Shown: positions 31,003 through 40,949, numbered from the stretch's first letter. The stretch is DNA of 64,000 nt from Nannocystis bainbridge (GCF_028368995.1 NZ_JAQNDL010000003.1:768001-832000), one strand, 5' to 3'. Numbers and translations are program-made. Notes: generated from the letters alone by a model not told the origin.

Positions 31003-32150
31003 ACGCGGGCGACGAGCACGCGACCGAGCGGGCTGCTGCCGATCCGCGCCACCACGTGCTCGATCAGCGGCCGCGCCACAGGGCAGGCAAAGCGGTGCGG
31101 TGCCTCGGGGGGGGCGTCGACCCGCTCGCTCGGAACCGCCTCGCCGAGATGGAGGCGGCTGCAAGCCTGACTGAAAGGACAGCTCTCGCAGGCGCCCATA
31201 CGCTCGCTGCGGGCGGCGAGGGTGCGGGCGTAAGCCGGAGCGGCAAAGCTGGCGACCGCACCAGGCTCGAAGAAATTGCCGATCCGTCCGGCGGGCGTGT
31301 AGCTGTCGCCGTAGGTATAGGTCTCGCCGTCGGTGTCGACCACCAGCGCCCACTCGCCGCGGCTCGGATCGTAGGCGAGGCCGGGCTCGCCGCGAAGGTA
31401 CCTGAGCGCCGTCCACACGTACTGGTCGATCGGCTCGACCGTGATCCTCCGCGGAGACGCCATCACCCGCTCTGCGAGCCGCAGCATCGCCTCGCGGACC
31501 TGGTCTTGGCGCAAGCCGAGGCCGTGGCAGCGACCCGCGCCCGCGTCGAAATCGAGGATCGGCAGGAGGCGGAAGTCGACGCCCTGCGCGTACCAGAAGT
31601 CGAAGATCGCGTCGACACGCGCGAGGTTGCCGCGGTGGAGGACGCTGATCCCGCCGAAGGGCACCCCCGCCGCGCGCAGACGCTCGAAGTTGCGGAGCAC
31701 CGCCTCGTGGCGCTCGCGGCCGGTGATGTCGACCCGGGCGCCGCCGACGACGTCGTGAGAGACGCCGACACCGACGCGGGTCTCGCGGAGCATCGCCAGG
31801 CTCGCCTCCGACAGGCGGACAAGGTTGGTCTGGAGCTCGACCCGGGTGCGCAGCGGCTCTCCGGCGAAGATCTCGTCGCGGAGCTCGAGGAGCTCGCGGA
31901 CCAGCGCCGGCGGCAGGAGCAGCGGCTCGCCGCCGTGAAGCACGAGGTGGAGGACCCGGGGCTGCGCCGGCAGCGTCCGCGCGTAGTCGCGGATGTTGAG
32001 GAAGAGCTGGCGAAGCTGCGCCGGCTCCATCCGCGCGGGATCTCCGAGCTGGTCGTACTCAAAGCAGTACTCGCAGCGCAGGTTGCAGAGCTTGGACAGC
32101 TTGATCACCACGTGGAGATGGTGCGTGGATGGGGCACGGCGCGCGTTCAT
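30942..32150 (-). CDS. Radical SAM protein with SPASM-like C-terminus (anSME/peptide-maturase-like)
   Basis: CNLRCEYC, HGGEPLL, QTN, CESCPFSQAC...C. Confidence 0.9.
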   Translation of the reverse strand: MNARRAPSTHHLHVVIKLSKLCNLRCEYCFEYDQLGDPARMEPAQLRQLFLNIRDYARTLPAQPRVLHLVLHGGEPLLLPPALVRELLELRDEIFAGEPLRTRVELQTNLVRLSEASLAMLRETRVGVGVSHDVVGGARVDITGRERHEAVLRNFERLRAAGVPFGGISVLHRGNLARVDAIFDFWYAQGVDFRLLPILDFDAGAGRCHGLGLRQDQVREAMLRLAERVMASPRRITVEPIDQYVWTALRYLRGEPGLAYDPSRGEWALVVDTDGETYTYGDSYTPAGRIGNFFEPGAVASFAAPAYARTLAARSERMGACESCPFSQACSRLHLGEAVPSERVDAPPEAPHRFACPVARPLIEHVVARIGSSPLGRVLVARVQSQGALPPSEAHQAASSAT

Positions 32151-32171
32151 CCGTCTACTCCTGGACCGCCG

Positions 32172-32741
32172 CTAGCACTCCACCCACACACCGGGCTGCG
32201 GCTGGCACATCGACCAGACGCTCACCTCGCCGTTGCCGGACAACCCCTCGCCCCAGATGGAGCCGATCAGGCCGCCTGCCCCGATCTCGGCGATGATTCC
32301 GTCCGGGAACACGTAGAAGCCCTGCGGCGCCGGGAGCACCTCGCCCTCGCCGGAGACGAGGATGGTGATCTGGCGGTCGCGGAGGATGGTCGCGTCGTAG
32401 GCGCTGGAGAGCTCGAAGAGAGAGACGAACTTCTCGACTCCCTCGGGCAGCTTGACCTCGTGCTTCTTGAGGAAGTGGATGACCTCCTTCTCGTAGCCGG
32501 AATGGATCGTGGTCTTGCACTCGTTCGGCTCGCCGGCGTGGGCGGTGCTGACGATCGCCGAGCCGAGCGAGCTCAAGAGATGATCGGCGACACCCGGCAT
32601 CGAAGCGATGCAGAGGGCCGAGGCCGCGATGAACAGCACCTTGGGCCCCTGGGAGGGGCCATTCGTGGCGGTGCGAAGCGTCAGCGCGCTCGACTTCGGG
32701 TCAGAGGGATTGTTGAATCGGTAGGTCTCGTTGTTGTGCAT
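32172..32741 (-). CDS. Putative exported protein and candidate radical SAM substrate
   Basis: Hydrophobic segment ending STAHA; C-terminus WGEG..WSMCQPQPGVWVEC; 21 bp from the rSAM start. Confidence 0.65.
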   Translation of the reverse strand: MHNNETYRFNNPSDPKSSALTLRTATNGPSQGPKVLFIAASALCIASMPGVADHLLSSLGSAIVSTAHAGEPNECKTTIHSGYEKEVIHFLKKHEVKLPEGVEKFVSLFELSSAYDATILRDRQITILVSGEGEVLPAPQGFYVFPDGIIAEIGAGGLIGSIWGEGLSGNGEVSVWSMCQPQPGVWVEC

Positions 32742-33059
32742 GGCTTCGTCCGCGCCGAGGTCGGCTCGGCGCTCCGGTCGGGTAGTCCGGCAAAGGCCCG
32801 CCGTGATCACGGCCTCGACATTTTTTTCTGCGCGCGGATGGGACCTGTCGCCGACCGCTCCCGACGCACACGGACACCCGACCGCGGCCGCCTCGCGGTG
32901 GCGCTGCTCGGGGTCGGCAAATTCGACCGCGGGCGCCCGCCCTTGCACAGCGCCCGAACAAGAGCACGCAGCGCAGGTTCATGACGGCGGACAAACAGAG
33001 CGCCGCCGTCCTGCTCGTGGCGGCGCGTCCCCGCGAGCGTTCGCGCGGCGACGACCCAC

Positions 33060-33331
33060 CGCGAGGCCGATGTCCTGGTGCTCGACGAGCCGACCGCCGC
33101 GCTCGATATCGACGCCGAGGCTGAGCTGTTCGCGCGCGTGCGCGAGCTCGCCGCCGCCGCACGGTCCTCCTGATCTCGCACCGCTTCGCCAACGTGCGCA
33201 TCGCCGATCGAATCGTCGTGCTTGCGGCCAGTGGCGTCGTCGAGCAGGGCGATCACACCCGCCTGATGGCCGCCGACGGCGTCTACGCGGCGATGTTCTG
33301 CAAGCAGGCCCGCGGCTACGCGCCGGGCTGA
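33060..33331 (+). pseudogene. ABC transporter ATPase C-terminal remnant
   Basis: VLVLDEPTAALD, ISHRF..ADRIVVL, EQGDHTRLMAADGVYA, with frameshifts. Confidence 0.8.
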
Positions 33332-33434
33332 CGCTGCGTCGTCGGGCGGCATCGCGCGACGCGACGTGCATGTCCGCAGGCATAGAGGCGGGGCTCGCCG
33401 CATGCGTGACGGGCCGCGGGGGTAGGCTGGGGCT

Positions 33435-33884
33435 GTGCATCGCGCATACGCCACGTTTCGCCTGGCGGATGGCACCCAACGCTCGCTCGCTCCCGGCGAG
33501 CTGATCGGGAGGCTGTGGAGCGCCGGGCTGCAGATCGACGATCCGCGGGTGTCCGAGGGACACGCGATGCTAAGCCTGCGCGGCGGCGACTTGTGGCTTG
33601 GCGCTGCGACGGCGGCTCGCAGTCGGCGAGCGCAGCGTCGCCGAGGTGTGGCTCGAGCCGGGGCTGTGCATTGCCCTGGCGCAGGGGCTGGAGATCATGG
33701 TCGAGGCGGTCGAGCTGCCGGCGGAGGCGCTAGCCCCAGGGTTGCCACCACCGTGTTGCTCGGAATGTGCTCGCTGCAGGTACGCCCGCAGGTGCAGCTG
33801 TTCGCCCGTCACGAGCCCGACGCCCGTGCCGGATCTGGGACACCTGCGACGGCTGGCGCAGGGCCCAGGCATGCACCCTCGATG
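33435..33884 (+). pseudogene. FHA-domain protein remnant
   Basis: LIGRLWSAGLQIDDPRVSEGHA (GR..S..H), then frameshifts. Confidence 0.65.
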
Positions 33885-34019
33885 AGGTGGCCCCGAAGTA
33901 GTCGCGGACGGCGGCCTCCGCGAATAGACGCTTCCGACAGATCCGTGATCGTCGATCGTCGCGGTCTCCACGAACTGCTGTTGCGGCGTCGGATCGACCC
34001 CGCGCGGGCCAGCCGAGGT

Positions 34020-34352
34020 CTATCCGCTGAGGGGGAGCGGAGCGAACGGGGCGACCGACCGCCCCCCACCGTCCTTGGGCGGGTCGCTCCCCTCCGAGAG
34101 ATCTTCCGGGGCCTCCTTCGGGAAGCAGACCCCGCCGTAAGGCTCATTTTTGTACTTACAGTATTCACCCTTGAGACATTCCTCGTCCTTGAAGCACCCC
34201 GGAATTGGACCGAACCTCGCGCTCTCCTCGTCTCCGGGATCCGCCTGGACACCCACCGCTTGCTCGCTCTCAAATTCTTCGGACTCGCAGCCGGCACCGA
34301 CGAACCCCAAGAAGCACCCCAGCACCACCAGTTTTCTTGAAAAGCTATTCAT
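34020..34352 (-). CDS. Small Cys-rich lipoprotein
   Basis: FVGAGC lipobox; CFKDEECLKGEYC..GVC; lower GC. Confidence 0.65.
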   Translation of the reverse strand: MNSFSRKLVVLGCFLGFVGAGCESEEFESEQAVGVQADPGDEESARFGPIPGCFKDEECLKGEYCKYKNEPYGGVCFPKEAPEDLSEGSDPPKDGGGRSVAPFAPLPLSG

Positions 34353-34780
34353 TCTTTCATTGGCCCCAAAACATCCTATCAGATCTTTCTAAGAACAGCT
34401 CGCGTGTAAGGTGTGCCGGATCTGCGGTTCGTCGGCGCGCTCTTTTCGGCGTACCCTCCAGCGGCAGCGGCGGCGCGGGAGCAAAGGAGCGCCGTTGACG
34501 GACACCGCGGACATGGATGCTGGACTTCGGGATCTGTTGTTGGCGCCGACGTGGAGAGCATCGTCCCCGGGCGTTCGCTGAGGCCGCTCACTCGGGCCGA
34601 CCTACCGCCGCTCCTCGGAGTCATCGCACTAGGGTGGCGTCTGCGGGGCTGCTGAAGTCTCGGCCGATGCCCATTCTCCGCGAGCACCTCGCCGCGCGCC
34701 CAGCCCTAGGCGAGTCCGGCCACCGCGCCGCTCTCGGCCCGGCGACGTGACGAGCCCGACATGGTCGCACGGCTGGGCAC

Positions 34781-36895
34781 TCAGCGCCACGAACCAGGAG
34801 GGCCCCGCGCGCCCAGCGAGCCGAGGACCCAGGGGCCGGACGGCGTCGCCGGTGCCAAGCACAAGTCGAAGTTGCCGTGGGCCCAGTCGTGCTCGCTGCG
34901 GTCGTCGCCGTCATGCCCCGCGCCTGCCGGGATCTGGAACCAGTCCAGGCTCGGGCGAGTGGGCCAGAACCATCGCGGCCCCGTGAGGAAGCCGGCGGCC
35001 TCAAGGTTGGCAGGCGGCTCGCCGCCCCGGAACTGCACCCGGAGTCGCCGCCGGTCCTCCGCCTCGGCGAAGTCGGTCGACTCGTGCAACTCGAGCAGAG
35101 ACACCATGACCGGCTCGCGCAAGTCGAGAGCTCCGGTCAGCCCGATCGCTGGGGCAGCGCCGACACTCGCATCCACCTCACCTGGCCCGTCTGCGGGAGG
35201 ACGATCGCCCTCGTCACGGACGACCGGGGCGCTGGCCGCCCCCGCGGTGACGTCGACTCGCTCAGGTTCAGCGGGCCTTCCGATCCGCTCCTCGCGCGCC
35301 CGCTCTGCGGCAGGTTCGAGCGGCTGAGAAACACTTTGAGGGTGAAGATGGACGAGCTCGCGGAGAACAGTCCCCAGCCGCTTGCGAACCGCGATGACTT
35401 GGGCACGGTCGCTAGCGGGCGCGGCCTCCCAGGCCCTCAGGATGGCGGCCAGCGCCAACAGGGGAGCCAGCGGCGACGAAGCCAGCTGGGCGACGGTTGC
35501 GGCATCACCTTCAGACAGGGAAGCGGCGTTCTCTGCGGCCACCGCAGTCAAGGCTTCCGCCGAGGCCTTGTGATGAGCAGCGCTTACCTGCTCGAGTGTC
35601 CCCAAGGCCTCGACAACACCCGCGTCCTGATCTTGGTGCGGACTGCCGGCGGACGTCCCGCCTACCCATGGCGAGCTCGGCGTCTTCGAGTGTGCCGGTG
35701 GCGTCGCCTCGGCGTTTTCCGCCAAAACCTCGCCGGTGGCCGACGCGGGGAAGCGGAACGGGATCGGCGTCTCCTCGAGCAGCCGGCGATGGAGCGCGGT
35801 CGACGGATCGTTCAGGCCGACGAGGTGGATGTGCCAAATCCGTTCCCCTTCATCTCGGGTGACGAGGCAAGTCCCCGCCGCGCGCAGCAAGTTGAGCGTG
35901 TCCGCCAGCGCCTCGAGCGTGATCTCGAACGACGGGTCGTGTCGCTGGACCGCGCCGCGGAGCACGCCCGTCAGCCCGACGAGGTCGTCGGAGCCCTTGA
36001 GGCTGCACTGAAACAGAGCGCGCAGTAGCCGGGGGAGGTACTTCTTACCCTTGAGCCTCCTGGGCCTGCATGGCTCCTGGACGCGCCGGGTGCCCTGCTC
36101 GAACCGCCGGCGCACCGGCTCGGAGCGCAGCGCCATCGCCCGGTGCTCGAGGCCCTTGAAGCAGCGCCAGACCACGTCCGGGATCGAGGGTCCGCCCATC
36201 ACGTCAGTCGGCAGGCCGTGGACGATCCGCAGGTAGCGAGCCCGCGTGGCCGCCGAGACGCGCACGTGGTCGGGCACGGGTGACGGCTTCGAGCCGCTCG
36301 AGGCCGTCCTGACCCGCTGGAAGCTGCGCATGCGATCGACGAGCACTTCGCGGAGATCGAGCGGCGCCTTGATATCGAGGACGACCCGGCGCTGGCCCTC
36401 GACAAGAACGACCGCGACCTGCCGGCCGAGCGACACTAACAGGATCGTGTTGGACTCCTGCTCCGCCACGCCGACAAGGAAGCGTCCGTGCGTTGGCTTG
36501 AAGTACCGGCGCTGGTCGTCACCGAGACGAACCACGGGCGGCGGCAACTGGTGCGGATCGACGCTGTCACGGATCCGCGCCCAGGTCGCCTTCACATCCG
36601 CGAGCTCGCCGACCACCAGCGGCGTGACGAACTGACCGGCTTCTCCGACGTACGAGGCGTGCCAGTGCACCTCGTCGGACGGCGCCCCGCAGAAATGCAC
36701 TTCTCCTCCTGAAGGCCAGGCGAACCTGAAGCGCTGCACCTGGGTTTCCAGATGGTTCACAGAGGCAGCCGTCTCGTCGACCAAGATCGATAGCCGCTCG
36801 CCCGCAGAGTACGCCTCGTACTCCGCGAACGCCTGGTCGATCGCCCAGTCGTCAGACCCCCCTTCCGCTGCCCTCACGTCCCCTCGCACTGTCAC
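34781..36895 (-). CDS. Hypothetical 704-aa protein, divergent from the element operon
   Basis: Long ORF with natural composition; no motif recognised. Confidence 0.6.
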   Translation of the reverse strand: MTVRGDVRAAEGGSDDWAIDQAFAEYEAYSAGERLSILVDETAASVNHLETQVQRFRFAWPSGGEVHFCGAPSDEVHWHASYVGEAGQFVTPLVVGELADVKATWARIRDSVDPHQLPPPVVRLGDDQRRYFKPTHGRFLVGVAEQESNTILLVSLGRQVAVVLVEGQRRVVLDIKAPLDLREVLVDRMRSFQRVRTASSGSKPSPVPDHVRVSAATRARYLRIVHGLPTDVMGGPSIPDVVWRCFKGLEHRAMALRSEPVRRRFEQGTRRVQEPCRPRRLKGKKYLPRLLRALFQCSLKGSDDLVGLTGVLRGAVQRHDPSFEITLEALADTLNLLRAAGTCLVTRDEGERIWHIHLVGLNDPSTALHRRLLEETPIPFRFPASATGEVLAENAEATPPAHSKTPSSPWVGGTSAGSPHQDQDAGVVEALGTLEQVSAAHHKASAEALTAVAAENAASLSEGDAATVAQLASSPLAPLLALAAILRAWEAAPASDRAQVIAVRKRLGTVLRELVHLHPQSVSQPLEPAAERAREERIGRPAEPERVDVTAGAASAPVVRDEGDRPPADGPGEVDASVGAAPAIGLTGALDLREPVMVSLLELHESTDFAEAEDRRRLRVQFRGGEPPANLEAAGFLTGPRWFWPTRPSLDWFQIPAGAGHDGDDRSEHDWAHGNFDLCLAPATPSGPWVLGSLGARGPPGSWR

Positions 36896-36998
36896 GATAG
36901 CATGGCGTCAAGGCGTGGGCTGCTCGGGTGCCTCATGAGGTAGGAACCCAACGAAGATTTGCGAACTTGTTTGCTTGTACGAGGGGACAGACGGTGCC

Positions 36999-37120
36999 TG
37001 TCCCGATGCTCTCCCGACCCTCCGGGCGCTGCAGCACTCGTTATTTGCGGGATATTAGCGGCCCCTTAGGGGACCAGCTTCCCGCCGCATGCGTGCCAAC
37101 ATCGGGACAACATCGGGACA
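36999..37120. promoter_or_regulatory. CATCGGGACA motif, two tandem copies plus one inverted copy
   Basis: TGTCCCGATG 36999-37008; CATCGGGACA 37100-37109 and 37111-37120, in a divergent intergenic region. Confidence 0.55.
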
Positions 37121-37237
37121 ATTCGCGGCCAGCAGTCTCCAGCAATGCTCGTACTTGAACATTCGATTGCTCAAAATTTCTGGTTGCACGCGGTTCGATC
37201 ATCGGCTTGATTGGGTTCCCAGCGGAGGGTGAGGTCG

Positions 37238-37810
37238 ATGCGGCGCATGGTCGTCAGCACAGCGGGTGGTGATATCGTCACGGAGAAGGATGTCGCCGAG
37301 GCACAGCTCGTCGGGGCGCTGGTCGACTGCTACCGCGTGTTGCCCGACGCCGCCGTCTACCTCGACGGCCAGCTCGTGCCGGAGGAGGCTCGCCGGGCGG
37401 CACTTGCGGCTCTGTCTGAAGGGACAGCGCCTGCGGCGGACCGGATCGCTGCGCCGCCGCTCGAGCCGGACAAGTTGAAGGACTACGGCGAAGTTCTCGC
37501 GCAGCTCTTCGACGACCTGCGCAAGGGCTACGTCCAGTCGATGAACGACCTGCACGACGTCTTCCGCCGCTACCGCGAGATGTGCCTCGACAACGAGCGG
37601 CGGTTCGCGGACGAGGTGGCGCAGCAACGCGCGCTCACACACAAGAGCCTCGCCGACGTCGACCTGCTCCGGCGCAGCGTCACGACCACCCAGCTCCTGA
37701 ACGGCTTCGCGTCCGAGATGCGACCGCAGGCGCTCCACCAGGGCGGTCCGACGCTCACCGACTACGTCGCGGGGCTCGTGAGAGCCGTCGCCGGCGACAA
37801 GAAAAAATAG
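37238..37810 (+). CDS. Hypothetical helical protein
   Basis: GAGG RBS; coiled-coil-like central part. Confidence 0.7.
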   Translation: MRRMVVSTAGGDIVTEKDVAEAQLVGALVDCYRVLPDAAVYLDGQLVPEEARRAALAALSEGTAPAADRIAAPPLEPDKLKDYGEVLAQLFDDLRKGYVQSMNDLHDVFRRYREMCLDNERRFADEVAQQRALTHKSLADVDLLRRSVTTTQLLNGFASEMRPQALHQGGPTLTDYVAGLVRAVAGDKKK

Positions 37811-37828
37811 GGAGGAGAGGGAAGGAAG

Positions 37829-38275
37829 ATGGCTCAAAAGACATCATGGTCCGCAGGACAGGTGCTCGCCCAGGCCGAGGGCTCGATCGGCACGACGCTG
37901 AGGGTCGCAGTCGCCAACTATTACAAGGGACAGGACCTCGGGACCGCGCAGGCGCTCCGGATGGTCGAGACCGACACCGAGGCCGCCGAGCTGGTCACGG
38001 CGATCCGCCAGGGTCGCGTCCATGAGGTCCTGATGGTGGCCGCGAGCGCCGCCCTGGGCGCGATCGCCGGAGCCCTGTCGCAGAAGGCTGTCAGCAACGC
38101 GACCGTGGGCGGCGTGCCGCCTGTGACCGCTCTCGGCGCCCTGCCGACGGTCGCCGGCCTGGCTGCGCCGATCAGCCTGTCCGGTCGCTCCATGCTCGCG
38201 GCGGGCGGCCTGTCATACATCACCGGCGCGGTGATCTACAGCATGCTGGCTCCGACGACGGAGGTCGCGCCATGA
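37829..38275 (+). CDS. Membrane protein
   Basis: Gly/Ala-rich hydrophobic segments up to the C-terminus. Confidence 0.7.
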   Translation: MAQKTSWSAGQVLAQAEGSIGTTLRVAVANYYKGQDLGTAQALRMVETDTEAAELVTAIRQGRVHEVLMVAASAALGAIAGALSQKAVSNATVGGVPPVTALGALPTVAGLAAPISLSGRSMLAAGGLSYITGAVIYSMLAPTTEVAP

Positions 38276-38688
38276 AGGGCTCGGTCCTCGCCCGGTTACG
38301 CCGCGTCTCGACCAGCCCCGAAGGCCGCGCCCTTGTACATGCCGTCGATGACGCTGGCCTCGAGTACAAGATCGAGGTCCCGCTCGAGGCTGTCCGTGGG
38401 GTCAGCCCCGACCAGGGCCACGTCCTCGTGCTCTCGTGGTCGATCGAGCCGAGCACGCGAGCCGCCGAGCCAGCTGCGGCATCGATTCCGGCCGAACCCT
38501 CCTCGACCGCGACGACGCGCGTTTCCACCACGAGCGAGGTGGATCGGGCGTTCATGGCGTTGATGGGCCGTCCCCGCGGCTCGACATCCGCCGCCGAGTC
38601 CGATCCCGCCACATCTACCTCCGTCTCGACCGCTACGAATAGCACCTCCCAGGGGCTCGCCGAACTGCTCGGCCTGAAACACATTTGA
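38272..38688 (+). CDS. Hypothetical protein
   Basis: ATGA overlap; small beta N-domain, Ser/Thr-rich tail. Confidence 0.65.
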   Translation: MKGSVLARLRRVSTSPEGRALVHAVDDAGLEYKIEVPLEAVRGVSPDQGHVLVLSWSIEPSTRAAEPAAASIPAEPSSTATTRVSTTSEVDRAFMALMGRPRGSTSAAESDPATSTSVSTATNSTSQGLAELLGLKHI

Positions 38689-38777
38689 CCTGACCTGGAC
38701 CTCCAGACATTTAGCACCGCTCCTTCGCCCATTCGGGTGAGAGCCGAGAACACTCGTTTCAAAAATCAGGAGACACG

Positions 38778-39425
38778 ATGGACACGGATACGCAAGAGAA
38801 GATGGAATTCCTCGGCCGCGAGATCGCCCAGAACCTCGCACGCATGGGCAACCCGGCCGTGTTGCCGGCCGGGCAGACCGAGCCGCCGGCCTGCGGCCTC
38901 GGCGTGCCGACGAGCGGCTGCGACAATCTGCTGTATGCCCCGATCACGGTGGCTCGATTCCGCCGTGGTGGCCGCACGAACATCGACCAGGCTGTCGAGG
39001 GCAAAATCCCGCTCGCGCCCGGCTCGTCCGTCATGCTGTCGCAGGCAGCCTATCCGCCCTGGGCCACGGGCTGCTACATGCTGCGGTACCGACTCGCCAA
39101 CAACGGCAACAACCACGACGAGATCAAGATCGAGTGGTTCGTCGATTCCGAGCCGCTCGACGCGATCCAATACGGCAGCGAAATCTACAACACGGACAAC
39201 ACCGTGATCGGCCATGGCAAGCTCCCGATTCCCCTCGCCCTCGGCGAGCACTGCTGCATCGGCGGCAACAACCGCCTGCGGGTCCGGATCTCGCACACGG
39301 GCAACGCCAACCAGATCGAGAACATCCGCCTCCACGTCGAGCACGCCAACGCGGTCAAGTGCTGCAGCGCGTGCGCGTCCGGCCACGATTGTCAGAGCGG
39401 TTGTAAAAACTCCGCTGCGAAGTAG
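38778..39425 (+). CDS. Beta-rich protein with Cys-rich tail, candidate jelly-roll structural protein
   Basis: AGGAG RBS; alternating-strand segments; ends CCSACASGHDCQSGC. Confidence 0.6.
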   Translation: MDTDTQEKMEFLGREIAQNLARMGNPAVLPAGQTEPPACGLGVPTSGCDNLLYAPITVARFRRGGRTNIDQAVEGKIPLAPGSSVMLSQAAYPPWATGCYMLRYRLANNGNNHDEIKIEWFVDSEPLDAIQYGSEIYNTDNTVIGHGKLPIPLALGEHCCIGGNNRLRVRISHTGNANQIENIRLHVEHANAVKCCSACASGHDCQSGCKNSAAK

Positions 39426-39433
39426 GAGCTGCC

Positions 39434-40159
39434 GTGCACAAGATCAAGCTCATCATCCGCGGCGGCTTCGACGGCCAGACTCCCGTCACCCAGGCACCGA
39501 TCTTTCGTTTGGTCGAGGGCTGGAGCGAGGCGGAGCTGGAATCTCCGGCGGGCATTCTGCCTGCTGGCCTCTGGGGGCAGGTCCCCGCCGGGGACCCCTA
39601 CCTTCTCCACGCCTGCCTGCTGACCGTGAACCCGCTCGACCCGCAGACCATGATCGAGGTACGGACCGGTGCGCCGACGCATACCCGGGCGCAGTACACT
39701 CCGAGCGCCGACAACCTACGGCTCACGCTCGTTCGTCCCAGCGACGAAATCCGTGTGGTCACCTCACCCCAAGGGATCGTGAAGCTCGAGCTGCTGGTCG
39801 AGAGTATCGGTGGCGTCAACGAGCTCGGTTCCCGTCTCTACGAATGGTCGGACGCGGCGAATAAGGCGCGCGACACCGGCGTCCGCGTGGTCCGCTTCGC
39901 CGCGAACGGCGCCATCCCGGGATGGCTCGGCACGCTCCACGTCATCTACGACAGCGTCAACGCCGGCAACATCACCCTTCCCCCGCGAGTGATCGTGCCG
40001 CTCGACGCGGTTCTCACGGTGACGCGCAAGGGGCCCGGCATCCCCACGCTCCTCGCCGCCGCCGGCGACTCGTTCGCCGGTGGCGTGATCGGTCAGGCCA
40101 TCCAACGCAGCGGGTTCATCATGAACAACGGCGAGCAGTGGACCTGGGTCGCCGATTGA
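39434..40159 (+). CDS. Beta-rich protein, candidate structural protein
   Basis: AGGAG RBS; beta-strand pattern throughout; no signal peptide. Confidence 0.6.
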   Translation: MHKIKLIIRGGFDGQTPVTQAPIFRLVEGWSEAELESPAGILPAGLWGQVPAGDPYLLHACLLTVNPLDPQTMIEVRTGAPTHTRAQYTPSADNLRLTLVRPSDEIRVVTSPQGIVKLELLVESIGGVNELGSRLYEWSDAANKARDTGVRVVRFAANGAIPGWLGTLHVIYDSVNAGNITLPPRVIVPLDAVLTVTRKGPGIPTLLAAAGDSFAGGVIGQAIQRSGFIMNNGEQWTWVAD

Positions 40160-40208
40160 TTGTGTGCGCCCGCGCCGAGACCCTCTCCATTCATCAAGGA
40201 GCATCACC

Positions 40209-40949
40209 ATGGCCGTCATCGATAGACATCGCGTCGCCCGCCTCGTGGAGCTGTCTGCGGCCGAGCGCACCCTCAAGGGGCCCGAGCGACAACTGCGCGA
40301 GGAAGACGTCAAGCTGCTCATCAGGGCGGCCTATGATGACGCCATGGACGCGCCGCGTGCCGACTTCATGGCTCGCGTGCAGGGGGTGCCGACGAGCGCG
40401 TGGCCCTGGTCCGCGGTCCAGGTGATGGCGCCGCGCGGCGGAACTGGCGTCAGCCTTGGGGGCCTCGTCGGCGTGCCGAGACCCGCCCTGATCCCGGCGC
40501 TGCTCGTGCTGATCCGCGGCCAGGCGGACTCGGCGGATCTCGATCCAGGTAATCGGCTCCCCGAGCCGGGCTCGCCCGAGTTCGCTGAATGGGAGCCGCT
40601 GCAGAGGGCGCTCGATACCTGGGACACGCAGACGATCACGAAATCGATCGGCCCGCAGGGGTGGGTCAGCATGATTGGCAACACTTCGGGGCAGGCGCCG
40701 AGAGACACGGAAGACGGAGCGACCAGCGGGGCGCCCGCGGCGGGCACCTCACCCAACCCGCCCCCCAGCAGTGTGCCGGCGCCACAAACGCCCCCAACGC
40801 CGTCGGAGCTCACGTGGAAGCACCCCGCCGTGATCGCGGCTGGGGTTGCAGTCGCGGTCGCCACCGGCGCGGTCCTCTACTCACTCGCCCAGAGCCGGAG
40901 CCGCCGCGAGCTCGAAGACGTGCTCTCGCAACAGGAGGAGCAGCCGTGA
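40209..40949 (+). CDS. Tail-anchored membrane protein
   Basis: Pro-rich linker then AVIAAGVAVAVATGAVLYSLA-QSRSRR. Confidence 0.7.
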   Translation: MAVIDRHRVARLVELSAAERTLKGPERQLREEDVKLLIRAAYDDAMDAPRADFMARVQGVPTSAWPWSAVQVMAPRGGTGVSLGGLVGVPRPALIPALLVLIRGQADSADLDPGNRLPEPGSPEFAEWEPLQRALDTWDTQTITKSIGPQGWVSMIGNTSGQAPRDTEDGATSGAPAAGTSPNPPPSSVPAPQTPPTPSELTWKHPAVIAAGVAVAVATGAVLYSLAQSRSRRELEDVLSQQEEQP

